A stretch of DNA of 32,000 nt. Source: Synechocystis sp. PCC 6803 substr. PCC-P. GTDB lineage: Bacteria; Cyanobacteriota; Cyanobacteriia; Cyanobacteriales; Microcystaceae. Below, piece by piece: positions 16,502 through 26,352 of the stretch. The notes under the pieces were generated by a model. It saw nothing but the letters and a program-made list of their open reading frames with translations, was not told the origin of the DNA and ran no database searches. Numbering within the stretch: the stretch's first letter is position 1; every line of letters begins with the position of its first letter. The translations under genes and the position numbers were made by a program. The stretch lies in the NCBI RefSeq assembly GCF_000284455.1, contig NC_017039.1:1920001-1952000 (forward strand), given 5' to 3'.

Positions 16502-17338
16502 ATGCAAGGTTTACTGCTCATTTTTTTGATAGGAACAGGATTAATTTTTTTCCTGCAAAATCGACAGCCCATACAACTAAATTTTTTCGGCACCACTGCT
16601 GAGTCTGCCCTAGCTAGCTTCACCTTGCCCCTGGGGTTGTGGGTAGTACTATTCCTCACCCTGGGAGTTTTCACCAGTGTGCTGATCAATGTCCTGAGTT
16701 CCCTAGGTCAACCCAAAGCCAGGCCCCAAAATTTTCGCCCCAATCCCCCCCGGCGATCGCCATCGGAATCCTTTGAGCCACCGCCGCCCCCCACCACTCC
16801 CCCTAGTCCCCAACGGGCACCGCAACCAGTCACCATGGCAGAAGAATGGGATTGGGATGAGCCAGAACCGGATTTGGCTGATTGGTCTGACCCCAAACCC
16901 CCGACTCGACCCCGGCCCACTGTCCAAGATTCCCCCCGCCCTGCCCCCAGGAATAGGGAAAAATTTCCGCCGGAAACAATAGGGCCCACTCCATCGATAG
17001 CCTCTGATGATGACCAAGGCGATCGAAATGATCAAGGAGATAATCTGCCCCCTCTTGCCCAAGAGGAAATAATTTCCCCACCTCCCAGGGAGCCTTTACC
17101 GGATCTGCGACAATTTGAAGCTCCCCAAACCCCCCAAAACACGAAACGGGAGGGTACTATTTATTCTCAGCAATATCGCCCAGCCCGGCCTAAAGCTGAG
17201 AAAAACGAGCCCTCAGATACCAAGCCTCCCCGTCCAAGTGGTGTATATGATGCTCCCTACCGGGTAATTAATTCGGCTCCCAATCCCCCCGTGGCAGAAG
17301 AAAATAACGGGGCTGATGAGGAAGAAGATTGGATTTAA
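16502..17338 (+). CDS. LapA-domain (DUF1049-like) membrane protein with long proline/acidic disordered tail
   Basis: Two N-terminal TM helices (LLLIFLIGTGLIFFLQNRQPIQLNFFG..LPLGLWVVLFLTLGVFTSVLINVLSSLG) followed by about 200 aa rich in P, E and D. Confidence 0.65.
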   Translation: MQGLLLIFLIGTGLIFFLQNRQPIQLNFFGTTAESALASFTLPLGLWVVLFLTLGVFTSVLINVLSSLGQPKARPQNFRPNPPRRSPSESFEPPPPPTTPPSPQRAPQPVTMAEEWDWDEPEPDLADWSDPKPPTRPRPTVQDSPRPAPRNREKFPPETIGPTPSIASDDDQGDRNDQGDNLPPLAQEEIISPPPREPLPDLRQFEAPQTPQNTKREGTIYSQQYRPARPKAEKNEPSDTKPPRPSGVYDAPYRVINSAPNPPVAEENNGADEEEDWI

Positions 17339-17456
17339 GCTGTTCGGCAATCCCGGCGATTATCTCGCCCATACTTTTGCTTAGGAGATTGGAGTTAGGC
17401 TTGGAAAGTCCCCCAATCCGCTAGGCTATCAAAAAGAGCAGGGTCTATGGGCCACT

Positions 17457-17810
17457 GTGTCCCCACCATTGCCGCTGTTACTTCCGTCCAGTCAAACCGC
17501 CGTGAGCCAAGATCTACCCGCCTCTCCCAATTATTTTCGCCCGGTATTCTTTTCTACCTTTTTGACCATTTTTTTGGCGGAAATGGGTGATAAAACCCAA
17601 TTGAGTACCTTACTAATTAGCGCTGAGTCCCAATCTCCCTGGGTGGTGTTTGCCGGCTCAGCCCTAGCCCTAATTTCCACTAGTCTGTTGGGGGTTTCCC
17701 TGGGGTATTGGATTGCCCGCCGTCTTGATCCGCAAATCCTCGATTTCTCTGTGGCTCTGTTATTGCTCCTCATTGCTGGGTTGCTGATGGGGGACGTGGT
17801 CAGCGCCTAG
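17457..17810 (+). CDS. Single-domain UPF0016/GDT1 (TMEM165) family cation transporter half
   Basis: Contains the signature FLAEMGDKTQLSTLLISAE and ends after one three-helix unit (LLIAGLLMGDVVSA*). The start codon is uncertain. Confidence 0.75.
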   Translation: MSPPLPLLLPSSQTAVSQDLPASPNYFRPVFFSTFLTIFLAEMGDKTQLSTLLISAESQSPWVVFAGSALALISTSLLGVSLGYWIARRLDPQILDFSVALLLLLIAGLLMGDVVSA

Positions 17811-18012
17811 GCTCAGCACCACAAACATTCCGATATTGAATTTCATTATTCTTGCCTAAAAACGTGGTAAAGCCCCTAGCTTTAGTCATGGCTAGTATAG
17901 GAACCTTGGGGCAATCTGCTCCCCTCTAAGTTTTTGTTAGACTACAGAAATTGTTGATTGATTTGTTGAGTTAGACAAGTCTTTTTTTACTGTTTTTACT
18001 TCGCTAAATTCT

Positions 18013-18522
18013 ATGACTGCCCAAGCCAACAACACAATCTACGGTTTTTCTGCCAATGCCTTGGATGGTTCCCCCGTAGCTCTGAGGGACTTTGAAGGTA
18101 AAGTGCTGTTAATTGTCAACACCGCCAGTCAATGTGGCTTCACTCCCCAATACCAAGGACTCCAGGCTCTATACAATCGATTCGGCGATCGGGGTTTTAC
18201 GGTGCTTGGTTTTCCCTGTAATCAGTTTGGCCAGCAGGAACCCGGTGGCTCAGGGGAAATTAAAAACTTTTGCGAAACCCGTTATGGAGTAACTTTTCCC
18301 TTATTTGAAAAAGTGGAAGTCAATGGTCCCAACGCCCATCCCCTATTTAAGTTTTTAACCGCAGCTAGCCCTGGTATGGCCATTCCTTTTTTGGGTGGTG
18401 CGGAGGACATTAAATGGAATTTCACTAAGTTTTTGGTCGATCGCCAAGGTAAAGTGGTCAAACGCTACGGTTCCATCGCCAAACCCGATGAAATTGCGGC
18501 GGACATCGAGAAATTGTTGTAA
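18013..18522 (+). CDS. gpx1: Glutathione peroxidase-like thiol peroxidase
   Basis: VNTASQCGFTPQYQGLQALYNRF, GFPCNQFGQQEPG, KWNFTKFLVDRQGKVVKRYGS. Confidence 0.9.
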   Translation: MTAQANNTIYGFSANALDGSPVALRDFEGKVLLIVNTASQCGFTPQYQGLQALYNRFGDRGFTVLGFPCNQFGQQEPGGSGEIKNFCETRYGVTFPLFEKVEVNGPNAHPLFKFLTAASPGMAIPFLGGAEDIKWNFTKFLVDRQGKVVKRYGSIAKPDEIAADIEKLL

Positions 18523-18548
18523 TTTTCTGACCCCATTCCTGCAAAATT

Positions 18549-18809
18549 TTGCCTACTAACAAAGACCAATTTGAACGCTTAAAGGCTGAGGCCGAGGCTC
18601 CCTATCGAGGTTTCCGCAAATTTATCTACCTGGGCTTGGGGGCTTCCGGCCTGATTGGCGTATTTATTTTTAGCCTCCGACTGCTGGCCGGCTACGACCC
18701 GACGGAGATTTTGCCCAATTTGGCCCTCCAACTGGGGGTAGTGGCCCTGATGACTTGGCTATTTCGCTGGGAATCGAGCAAAAACCAGGGCAACAATGGA
18801 GACAATTAG
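18549..18809 (+). CDS. Small DUF3493-like membrane protein
   Basis: RLKAEAEAPYRGFRKFIYLGLGASGLIGVFIFSLRLLAG plus a second TM segment, 26 nt downstream of the peroxidase. Confidence 0.7.
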   Translation: MPTNKDQFERLKAEAEAPYRGFRKFIYLGLGASGLIGVFIFSLRLLAGYDPTEILPNLALQLGVVALMTWLFRWESSKNQGNNGDN

Positions 18810-18892
18810 AATGCGTCCTCTCCCCTAGAAATTTTGGCGATCGCCTGGTCAAAATTCATTCCGGTGTGACCAGGGCTTTAATCATCAGGGCA

Positions 18893-19534
18893 TCAATTAT
18901 CAATGAACTGCAACGCATTAAGAAACGTGCGGGCCGCATTATCTCTGGTGCTGGTCAAGGGTTGTATGACCCCCATGGCATAGATTTTATTCCCGACTAA
19001 ATAGGCACGAAAAGTCACTCTTTCTGTGTCACTTTCAAAAGTAAATTCCGAGCCTTGATAATCCCCCAAAGTTACCGGGCGCTCATTCATGAGGGAAAAG
19101 GTTTCCGTCGGGGCTACCCTGGCTTGCATAGCGGTGAACAGGGCCGCAGGGTCGTTAATTTGTTGCTCAGTTAACCCTGTGGCATAGGCCGCCACATAAC
19201 GATGGTCGTTGTCGGTGCTGGTCAAGGTTTGAAAATTTAAATCCCCTTCAGCGGTAGCAATGACAACGTTATCCTGGGCCAAAATTCCTGGGGGCATCCA
19301 AAAAGAAACATTACCCTGGCTAAAAACAATTAACTGCCAATTGTTAGCATTGGTGCGGATAGGCGGTACACCGCTGGGGGGACGTTGGAACCGCAGAGTG
19401 TCCTGGGATTGGGGACGACCCGTTTCAAAAAAACTCCGCAGATCTTGGTTGGGGGACTGGGCCATTACTTGGCCCGTGGTTGATCCTCCCACAACAGTGG
19501 CGATCGCCGTAGCGACAAATAGTGAGTACTTCAT
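18893..19534 (-). CDS. Exported protein of unknown function
   Basis: Signal peptide MKYSLFVATAIATVVGGSTTGQVMAQ at 19534, soluble domain, no recognised catalytic motif. Confidence 0.6.
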   Translation of the reverse strand: MKYSLFVATAIATVVGGSTTGQVMAQSPNQDLRSFFETGRPQSQDTLRFQRPPSGVPPIRTNANNWQLIVFSQGNVSFWMPPGILAQDNVVIATAEGDLNFQTLTSTDNDHRYVAAYATGLTEQQINDPAALFTAMQARVAPTETFSLMNERPVTLGDYQGSEFTFESDTERVTFRAYLVGNKIYAMGVIQPLTSTRDNAARTFLNALQFIDN

Positions 19535-19576
19535 AAAAAAGCCCTTAAATTCAACAAAACTCAAACAGTTAGTTCA

Positions 19577-21115
19577 CTAGCCCAAATCTTGGTCATCGGC
19601 TCCCGGCCTGGCCACAACATTGGTGCCCGGAGCATCTGTGACCGGATGCCAAATGGTCAAACCGAGTAAATGCTTAGGAGTGGGGGCGCTGGCAAAGAGG
19701 GAAATCCCTAAAGCTAGCAGAACAGCCAGGGGAGCAGTGACCGCCGAGCGCCAAATGCCAGGGAAAGTAAGCCAACCGGCATTGGAAGCAATAATTACCA
19801 GTAAAACTGCCGCCACGGTGCCGTAAAAAGCACCCAGAGCATTAATGCGGGGAAACAAGACCCCCATCAGAAAAATCCCCAACAGCGGTCCCAAAAACAT
19901 GGTGGTATAGGACACCAAGAATTCTAGTAGATCCTGCCCGGTGGAAGCGGCATAAATAGCGGAAAAAATTGCCACTACGCCCCAGACAATAATTAACCCC
20001 TGGGCCACCCGGACTGAGCGCATTTCGCTGGCTTGAATATTTATGTAACGGTCGTAAAAGTCCACCGTCATGCAAGTGGCCAAAGAATGCAAAGCAGAAT
20101 CGATGGAAGACATGGCCGCCGCAAAAATCGCCGCCACGAGGAATCCCGATGCCCCAGGGGGGACTTGGTTGACAATAAAATAGGAAAGGATTTCATCGGG
20201 TTTGATATTTCCTGGTAACCCTCCCTGGAGTTGGTAAAAGCTGAATAGCAAAACCCCTAGTAACAGGGTGGCCCCTACTCCTAAAACGCCGGAAAACCAA
20301 CCGAGAAAGATGGCTTTGCGGGCTGATTGCTCATCGGCACAGGAAACATAACGCTGGACTGACTGTTGATTAGTCCCCGCCACCGCAAAAGCTAAAATGC
20401 CGTAGGCGATCAACGCTGTGGGTAGAGAACGAATGGAAGCGGGATCCCAATCAAAATTAAATACCACCAACTTGCCGTTTTCCCCAGCAATGCGCCACAG
20501 TTCCCCAAAACCCCCTGGCACAGCGGTAACTGCGGCCCAAATGCCCGCCCCCAAACCGACGAAAATCATGCCAAATTGCAACACGTCCGTCCAAACTACG
20601 GCGGTGATTCCCCCGGCAACGGTGTAAATAATCGAAACCACCCCCACCATCAAAATGGCAGTATTCGTACTAATGCCAGTTAGCACCGATAACACCAGGG
20701 CGGCGGCGTATAAAAGTCCCCCTAGGCGGGCAATGACAAACAGCAGAAAACAAAGGGAACCGAGGGAACGGGTTTTGGCATCGAAGCGCCTTTCCAAATA
20801 TTCGTAGGCAGTGGTGAGATTGAGCCGGACAAAAAATGGCAAAAAGACAGCAATGACTAAGCCATAGCCGATTAAGTCTCCCAATTGCAGTTGCAAATAT
20901 AAAAAGCCGTGGCCGTAACCCTCCCCCGGGCCCCCCAGCAAAGAAGCGGCGGAAAAAGAGGTGGCAATGATGGAAAAACCTAGGGCCCACCAGGGAATTT
21001 GCTTTGCACCCCGGAAATATTCATCGGTATTATCTTGTTTGCGACTGGCGATCGCCCCAATGGCAATGACAATCGCCGAATAGACCAGCACAATGGCCCA
21101 GTCAATCATGCCCAT
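19577..21115 (-). CDS. Sodium:solute symporter (SSS family)
   Basis: YFRGAKQIPWWALGFSIIATSFSAASLLGGPGEGY, AVAGTNQQSVQRYVSC, LVAAIFAAAMSSIDSALHSLATCMTVDFY: SSS hallmark motifs. Confidence 0.9.
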   Translation of the reverse strand: MGMIDWAIVLVYSAIVIAIGAIASRKQDNTDEYFRGAKQIPWWALGFSIIATSFSAASLLGGPGEGYGHGFLYLQLQLGDLIGYGLVIAVFLPFFVRLNLTTAYEYLERRFDAKTRSLGSLCFLLFVIARLGGLLYAAALVLSVLTGISTNTAILMVGVVSIIYTVAGGITAVVWTDVLQFGMIFVGLGAGIWAAVTAVPGGFGELWRIAGENGKLVVFNFDWDPASIRSLPTALIAYGILAFAVAGTNQQSVQRYVSCADEQSARKAIFLGWFSGVLGVGATLLLGVLLFSFYQLQGGLPGNIKPDEILSYFIVNQVPPGASGFLVAAIFAAAMSSIDSALHSLATCMTVDFYDRYINIQASEMRSVRVAQGLIIVWGVVAIFSAIYAASTGQDLLEFLVSYTTMFLGPLLGIFLMGVLFPRINALGAFYGTVAAVLLVIIASNAGWLTFPGIWRSAVTAPLAVLLALGISLFASAPTPKHLLGLTIWHPVTDAPGTNVVARPGADDQDLG

Positions 21116-21261
21116 GAAAAATCAAACTCCTTGGCAATGTGGCAATATTCCACCCTACAGGTTTTGGGACGTAGAGCACCGCCAGATTGATCCCAACTAC
21201 AGGGAATGAAAGTGAAAAAGTCTGTTTTTTCCGACAGAGGAAAGAGCTTGATTGGTTTTAA

Positions 21262-21729
21262 CTATAAACAAGCAGCCAAAATGTCCTGTTCCAGGGCACC
21301 AATGGTGCTGATTTCCTTTAAGCCCTGCAACGTTAAGTCAATATTGTTACCACTGCGGGCCACTGGCGATCGGGGAACTAGGTTCAGGGCAAAACGGCTG
21401 GGGGGCTGCTCCCCATAGGGGTCTTCCACTACCAAATCCAACGCTTGGGCAGAGACGGCGCCATGGGTACAAGCAAACTCAGACTGGTAAGCAAAAAAAG
21501 CTCCTATCAGTTGATTGCCCCGTACCTGAAAGATGAAATATTCCTGGCCCACTAACCCCGGCTGGGCAGATTCACCATAAAAATGAACACCTTGGCGCAG
21601 AGGAAAATTTTGGGCTGCAACGGCCATTGGTGTGATTAAATTTCCTAGTCCCATAAAGGCAAAGCTTAGTAGGGCGGTGGAAAATTTGGCCAGGCGATCG
21701 CCGCTGCCTGGAAGTAGGAAAAGTAACAT
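21262..21729 (-). CDS. Exported protein of unknown function
   Basis: Signal-like N-terminus (LLSFAFMGLGNLITPMAVAAQ) and a compact beta-rich domain; good coding character. Confidence 0.55.
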   Translation of the reverse strand: MLLFLLPGSGDRLAKFSTALLSFAFMGLGNLITPMAVAAQNFPLRQGVHFYGESAQPGLVGQEYFIFQVRGNQLIGAFFAYQSEFACTHGAVSAQALDLVVEDPYGEQPPSRFALNLVPRSPVARSGNNIDLTLQGLKEISTIGALEQDILAACL

Positions 21730-21950
21730 AATTTTGTAGGTGGGAGGAGTAAGGTTAATGATTAAATCATTACTTCTAACTTAACAATCATTCACGAAAC
21801 TGAGCTTCCCCCGATAGTATGATGATCCAAAAATTAACAAACTTTCATTAATTTACTGATGGCGATCGTCAATGATGCGGACTATATTGCAGATTGTCAG
21901 TAACCATCTCGGCAGTTTTTAAGCCAGCGAGACCCATAACTCCCATAACT

Positions 21951-23342
21951 ATGGATAAAGCCATTCGGAAAATTTTTGCCTATCTTCGTCCAGGGGTCAT
22001 CCTAGTCGCTTGCTTGCTGAGCCTATTGTTTTTTGTTCGGCCTGCCCTGGCTTTTTGTGGTTTTTATGTAGCCCAGGCTGACACTAGTCTTTATAACCAT
22101 GCGTCCCAGGTGATCATTGCCAAAGACGGCGATCAGACAGTGCTAACCATGGCCAACGATTACCAAGGGAAAGCCCAAGATTTTGCCCTCGTGGTGCCGG
22201 TTCCGGTGGTGCTACAGGAAGACCAAGTAAACGTAGGGGAGAGAAAAATTATTGAGCGTTTAGACAATTTTAGTGCCCCCCGTTTAGTGGAATATTTTGA
22301 CAATAATCCCTGTGAAACCTACGGCGGCCGTCAATTTATGGATGCAATGCCAGCGGCCCCCAGCATGACCAGAGGATTGCAAGAAAAAATAAGCAATGAA
22401 GCGTTGGGAGTCACCATTGAAAATCAGTTTTCGGTAGGAGAATACGACATTCTCATCCTCAGTGCCAAGGAATCCAATGGCCTAGAAACTTGGTTAAACC
22501 AAAATAATTACCGCATTCCCCCTGGAGCGACCGATGTATTGGGAGCATATATTAAACAAGGGCTAAAGTTTTTTGTTGCTAAAGTCAACCTGAAAGAATT
22601 CGATCGCCAAGGATTTCAAGCCTTACGGCCGCTGATGATGGCCTATGAATCCCCCCGGTTTATGTTGCCCATTCGTTTAGGTATGGTGAATGCAGATGGC
22701 CCCCAAGAATTAATCGTTTATCTACTCTCTCCCCAAGGAGCGGTGGAAGTTACCAACTATCGCACTGAAAAAATTCCCTCTAACTTAGATTTACCTGAAT
22801 TTGTCCAGGGGGAATTTGGCCAGTTCTATGGCGCTATGTTCGACACTGCCTATAAGCGCTCCGGCAAAAATGTTGCCTTTCTGGAATATGCCTGGGACAT
22901 GGGCAGTTGTGATCCCTGTTCGGCGGATCCCCTTTCCCCCCAAGAACTAGAAGAAGCCGGAGTATTTTGGTTAGACCAACCCAGTGCTAGCCCCAATCCT
23001 TCCTTCCGGGGTATGCCTTTCCCTGGCAACAGCAATGTGTTCATCACCCGTTTACATTTACGCTACACCCCCGACAAATTCCCGGAGGATTTACGTTTTC
23101 AAAACACCGCTAACCAGGAATTGTTCCAAGGGCGTTATGTCCTACGGCGTCCCTATCGTGGGGAAATGAATTGCACCGCCGCCAACACCTATCGTCAAAC
23201 GGTGCAAAAACGCCAACGGGAAGAAGCCAAGACCCTTGCTAATTTGACTGGTTGGCCCCTGGGGGAAATTGAGGACAAAATTAACTATCTGGAAGGCCCC
23301 CGGGATTCTATTCCCTGGTGGCGCAAACTCTGGCCCCGTTAA
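21951..23342 (+). CDS. DUF2330-domain exported protein
   Basis: Signal peptide followed by ALAFCGFYVAQADTSLYNHASQVIIAKDGDQTVLTMANDYQG..VVPVPVVL, characteristic of DUF2330. Start at MDKAIRKIF. Confidence 0.75.
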   Translation: MDKAIRKIFAYLRPGVILVACLLSLLFFVRPALAFCGFYVAQADTSLYNHASQVIIAKDGDQTVLTMANDYQGKAQDFALVVPVPVVLQEDQVNVGERKIIERLDNFSAPRLVEYFDNNPCETYGGRQFMDAMPAAPSMTRGLQEKISNEALGVTIENQFSVGEYDILILSAKESNGLETWLNQNNYRIPPGATDVLGAYIKQGLKFFVAKVNLKEFDRQGFQALRPLMMAYESPRFMLPIRLGMVNADGPQELIVYLLSPQGAVEVTNYRTEKIPSNLDLPEFVQGEFGQFYGAMFDTAYKRSGKNVAFLEYAWDMGSCDPCSADPLSPQELEEAGVFWLDQPSASPNPSFRGMPFPGNSNVFITRLHLRYTPDKFPEDLRFQNTANQELFQGRYVLRRPYRGEMNCTAANTYRQTVQKRQREEAKTLANLTGWPLGEIEDKINYLEGPRDSIPWWRKLWPR

Positions 23343-23372
23343 AGTTGAAGTAACTTATACATCTCAATTGCC

Positions 23373-23549
23373 ATGGATCCCTTAACCAAATTAGTTTTAA
23401 GCGCCACTACCCTGCCCGTGCTTTCCGCCCTGGGTTTAGCCCGTTGCCTTGGTCAACGCAGTGAAGCCCTAGGTAAACTTTCCGAAGAAGTGTTCCGAGG
23501 CGATCGCCTGCCGGTGTTACCCTTTCCCGTCGAAGAAGAAGCAGGTTAA
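23373..23549 (+). CDS. 58-aa small protein, unknown function
   Basis: Manual translation: MDPLTKLVLSATTLPVLSALGLARCLGQRSEALGKLSEEVFRGDRLPVLPFPVEEEAG*. It is below the track length cutoff but has good codon character. Confidence 0.5.
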   Translation: MDPLTKLVLSATTLPVLSALGLARCLGQRSEALGKLSEEVFRGDRLPVLPFPVEEEAG

Positions 23550-23613
23550 AGTGAATACTCCCCCCAAACCTTGGCTGGGGATAGCGGGTGAGTTGTAATT
23601 TGACTAAAACTTT

Positions 23614-24402
23614 ATGGGTCATTTTCCCCACAAACTGCGGGTGCTGTTGAGCGTTTACTTTGCCCAAATGGTGGAGTACCGGGCAGAAATTTTCTTTTGG
23701 ATTTTGTCCGGCTCCCTGCCTCTAATTTTGATGGGCGTGTGGGTGAAAGCAGCGGAGAGTGGCGACTTTACCCTTGACGCGATCCAGGTGGCCCGGTATT
23801 TTTTTGCTGTCTTTGTGGTGCGCCAGATGACCACCATCTGGGTAATTTGGGAATTTGAAAAGGAAGTGCTGGAAGGAGTTTTATCTTTCCGTTTACTGCA
23901 ACCCCTAGATCCGGTGTGGCATCATATAGCCCGCCACTGGGCCGAAAAAATGACCCGCCTGCCCATTCTGGCTATTTTGACTGTTCTTTTTTTCTCCCTC
24001 TATCCCGAAGCCTTTTGGCTGCCCGATCCCTGGCATTTTATCCAAGGGCTAATTGGCATTGTCTGTTCCTTTACCTTGTACTTTTTGATTCAGTACACCT
24101 TTGCCCTCTGTGCCTTTTGGACGGAACGGGCCAGCGCCCTCCAAGACCTCTGGTTTTTGTTTTATATTTTTCTGTCGGGCGTTATTGCTCCCCTAGAGAC
24201 CTTTCCCGACGCAGTAAGGCAAATTGTTTTACTCACCCCGTTCCCCTACGGTGTTTACTTCCCCGCCGCCGCTTTGGTGGGTTTACCTTTGCCCTTCTTC
24301 AAGAGTTTATTAATTATTGGTGTTTGGATTGGCATATTTGCCCTGCTTAACCGTTGGCTATGGCGACAGGGTTTGAAACAATATTCTGGCATGGGAGCGT
24401 AG
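23614..24402 (+). CDS. ABC-2 type transport permease
   Basis: 262 aa with six predicted TM helices. MVEYRAEIFFWILSGSLPLILMGVW and YFAVFVVRQMTTIWVIWEFEKEVLEGVLSFRLLQPLDPVW match the ABC-2 permease family commonly linked to a separate ATPase. Confidence 0.75.
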   Translation: MGHFPHKLRVLLSVYFAQMVEYRAEIFFWILSGSLPLILMGVWVKAAESGDFTLDAIQVARYFFAVFVVRQMTTIWVIWEFEKEVLEGVLSFRLLQPLDPVWHHIARHWAEKMTRLPILAILTVLFFSLYPEAFWLPDPWHFIQGLIGIVCSFTLYFLIQYTFALCAFWTERASALQDLWFLFYIFLSGVIAPLETFPDAVRQIVLLTPFPYGVYFPAAALVGLPLPFFKSLLIIGVWIGIFALLNRWLWRQGLKQYSGMGA

Positions 24403-24459
24403 GGCCAGGGCCCTTTGCCTGGTTTCAGGTTACTATTCTCAATTGACCCACTAAAGTGA

Positions 24460-24482
24460 CCCCAATGCTGGGGGATTTTTTT
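24460..24482 (+). terminator. Rho-independent-like terminator
   Basis: CCCCA-ATGC-TGGGG stem-loop, then GA and a T7 run, downstream of the ABC-2 permease. Confidence 0.5.
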
Positions 24483-24545
24483 CTAGCTTCTCCCCCGACT
24501 TGGGATTCAATTCCCCCATTTAATTGGGGCTTGGCCTAACTTTTT

Positions 24546-26207
24546 TCAGTGGAGACAATAGTCGGGAATGCAGTTTTGCTCCATATATTCATGGTACTTT
24601 TGAATTTGCTTGTCACATTGCTCCTGGGTCCAGCCACAATGGTCTGTTAACGTTTGGCAAATGCCGGCCAGGGCGCTAAAGCCATAATCGTTAGTCACCA
24701 TGGCGATCGCCGTACGTCGTCGACAAATATCCACCAAGGTGTGGGCCATTTCTGCTTGTACTGCAAAAACAACTTGGGCTTTGATATCCGGCAAGGAAGG
24801 AATAATCCTTTCCCCCAACTCCGGCGCTCCGTGGACTAAGGCTAAAATGTCTCCAGCCCTGGCTCCGTAAAGGCAAAATAAATGTTGAATAGAATGACGC
24901 TCCAAATGATTGCCATATTTATCCATGGCAGTTTCCAAGGACAGGGGATAGGCTTCTGCCCCCGGTAAAGGTTGGGTCAGGGTTGGACAGGGAGGAGCAG
25001 AGCGTCTCAGCTTGCCATAAACCTTATCCACCATTTCTTCTCCCACCTGGCGATAGGTGGTCAACTTACCGCCAATTAGGGAAATCAAATTATTAACTCC
25101 GTCTTGACTATGGTCATAAAGAATATGGTTGCGGGTAATACTGCCGGCCTTTTTGCCATCGGTGTAGGGCAGAGGGCGCACCCCGGAATAGGTGAAACGC
25201 ACATCCTGCCTGGTTAACTGAGCTGCTGGCATCACCCGGTTAGTTTCCGCAATCAGGTAATCAATCTCGTCATCACTGGCTTTAACCCTGTCGAGGGAAC
25301 CATCATAGCGGTGGTCCGTGGTGCCAATCAGATATTTACCCAACCAGGGAATGATGAAATAGGGCCGTTTATCCACAAACGCTTCCACATATAAGGCTGA
25401 AGCGGGGGCTCCAGGGAAGGGATCCACCACAATATGACTGCCCTTGGTGCCACCAATTTTTCTTTCTTGGACAATGGCAACGGGTTCTCCCCCTCGATGG
25501 GCTAAGCCACAAACTTCATCTACCCAGGGGCCAGTGGTATTAATGACGATCGCCTGGGCGCTATTAACAGTAAATTTTTCTCCGCTCAGTTGATCCTGGC
25601 AATGGATGGCGGTAATCAGGTTATTTTCCCCTTTCTCCAACCCCTTCACAGCCACATAATTGAGCATGGCCGCCCCGGCCTTTTGGGCCGATAGGGTCAC
25701 TTCTAAATCTAACCGTTCCGCATATTCCACCTGGCCGTCAAAATATTGGGCTCCTCCTTTTAAGCCTTTTTTCTCCGCCGCTCGGAACAGTTGCTGGAAC
25801 TGTTGGGGGCTTAACATCCTATGGGAAGGGAGGGTTTTATCAAAACTGAGGATGTCGTAAAGAATCATGCCCGCCTGAATTTCCCAATAGGCCCGGCTCG
25901 ACCAGTCGTACACCGGAATGGTCAACTGGAGGGGCTGGACCAAATGGGGGGCGGTGTGGAGCAGAACTTCCCGCTCCCGCAGGGATTCCCGCACCAGATT
26001 AAATTCAAAATATTCCAGATAGCGCAGGCCGCCATGGATTAAGCGGGTGGACCAACTACTCGTACCACTGGCGAAATCATCCTTTTCGATCAGGAGGGTT
26101 TTTAGGCCCCGTAGGGCTCCGTCCCGGGCCGTGCCAACCCCGTTAATGCCTCCCCCAATCACAATTAGGTCATAGGCCGTATTTTGGATTTCTGGGAAAT
26201 TACGCAT
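24546..26207 (-). CDS. glpD: Glycerol-3-phosphate dehydrogenase (FAD-dependent)
   Basis: YDLIVIGGGINGVGTARDGALRGLKTLLIEKDDFASGTSSWSTRLIHGGLRYLE, LIGGKLTTYRQVGEEMVD. Likely start MRNFPEIQN. Confidence 0.95.
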   Translation of the reverse strand: MRNFPEIQNTAYDLIVIGGGINGVGTARDGALRGLKTLLIEKDDFASGTSSWSTRLIHGGLRYLEYFEFNLVRESLREREVLLHTAPHLVQPLQLTIPVYDWSSRAYWEIQAGMILYDILSFDKTLPSHRMLSPQQFQQLFRAAEKKGLKGGAQYFDGQVEYAERLDLEVTLSAQKAGAAMLNYVAVKGLEKGENNLITAIHCQDQLSGEKFTVNSAQAIVINTTGPWVDEVCGLAHRGGEPVAIVQERKIGGTKGSHIVVDPFPGAPASALYVEAFVDKRPYFIIPWLGKYLIGTTDHRYDGSLDRVKASDDEIDYLIAETNRVMPAAQLTRQDVRFTYSGVRPLPYTDGKKAGSITRNHILYDHSQDGVNNLISLIGGKLTTYRQVGEEMVDKVYGKLRRSAPPCPTLTQPLPGAEAYPLSLETAMDKYGNHLERHSIQHLFCLYGARAGDILALVHGAPELGERIIPSLPDIKAQVVFAVQAEMAHTLVDICRRRTAIAMVTNDYGFSALAGICQTLTDHCGWTQEQCDKQIQKYHEYMEQNCIPDYCLH

Positions 26208-26252
26208 GGCTGGGTAATGCTCCAATGAGGAATAAATCGTGCAATTGAATGG

Positions 26253-26295
26253 AAAAAAGCCCCCTAAACTCTAACTTTGGGCAATTTTTAGGGGG
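26253..26295 (-). terminator. Rho-independent-like terminator for ggpS
   Basis: Perfect 9-bp stem CCCCCTAAA (26260-26268) / TTTAGGGGG (26287-26295), with six T residues in the minus-strand sense at 26258-26253. Confidence 0.65.
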
Positions 26296-26352
26296 TTTGG
26301 ACAATGGTTATTTGGTTACCATCCGCCGACCACAACTGGCATTGGCGATCGC

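Noticed and set aside
16703-17081. Minus-strand and alternate-frame ORFs within the LapA-like gene
   Set aside because: Gly/Ser- and Pro/Arg-rich shadows of the low-complexity proline-rich coding tail.
20670-20990. Plus-strand ORF opposite the sodium:solute symporter
   Set aside because: Phe/Cys/Arg-rich translation typical of the antisense of a membrane protein gene.
23916-24350. 144-aa alternate-frame ORF inside the ABC-2 permease gene
   Set aside because: Overlaps a well-supported permease frame and shows no family signature.
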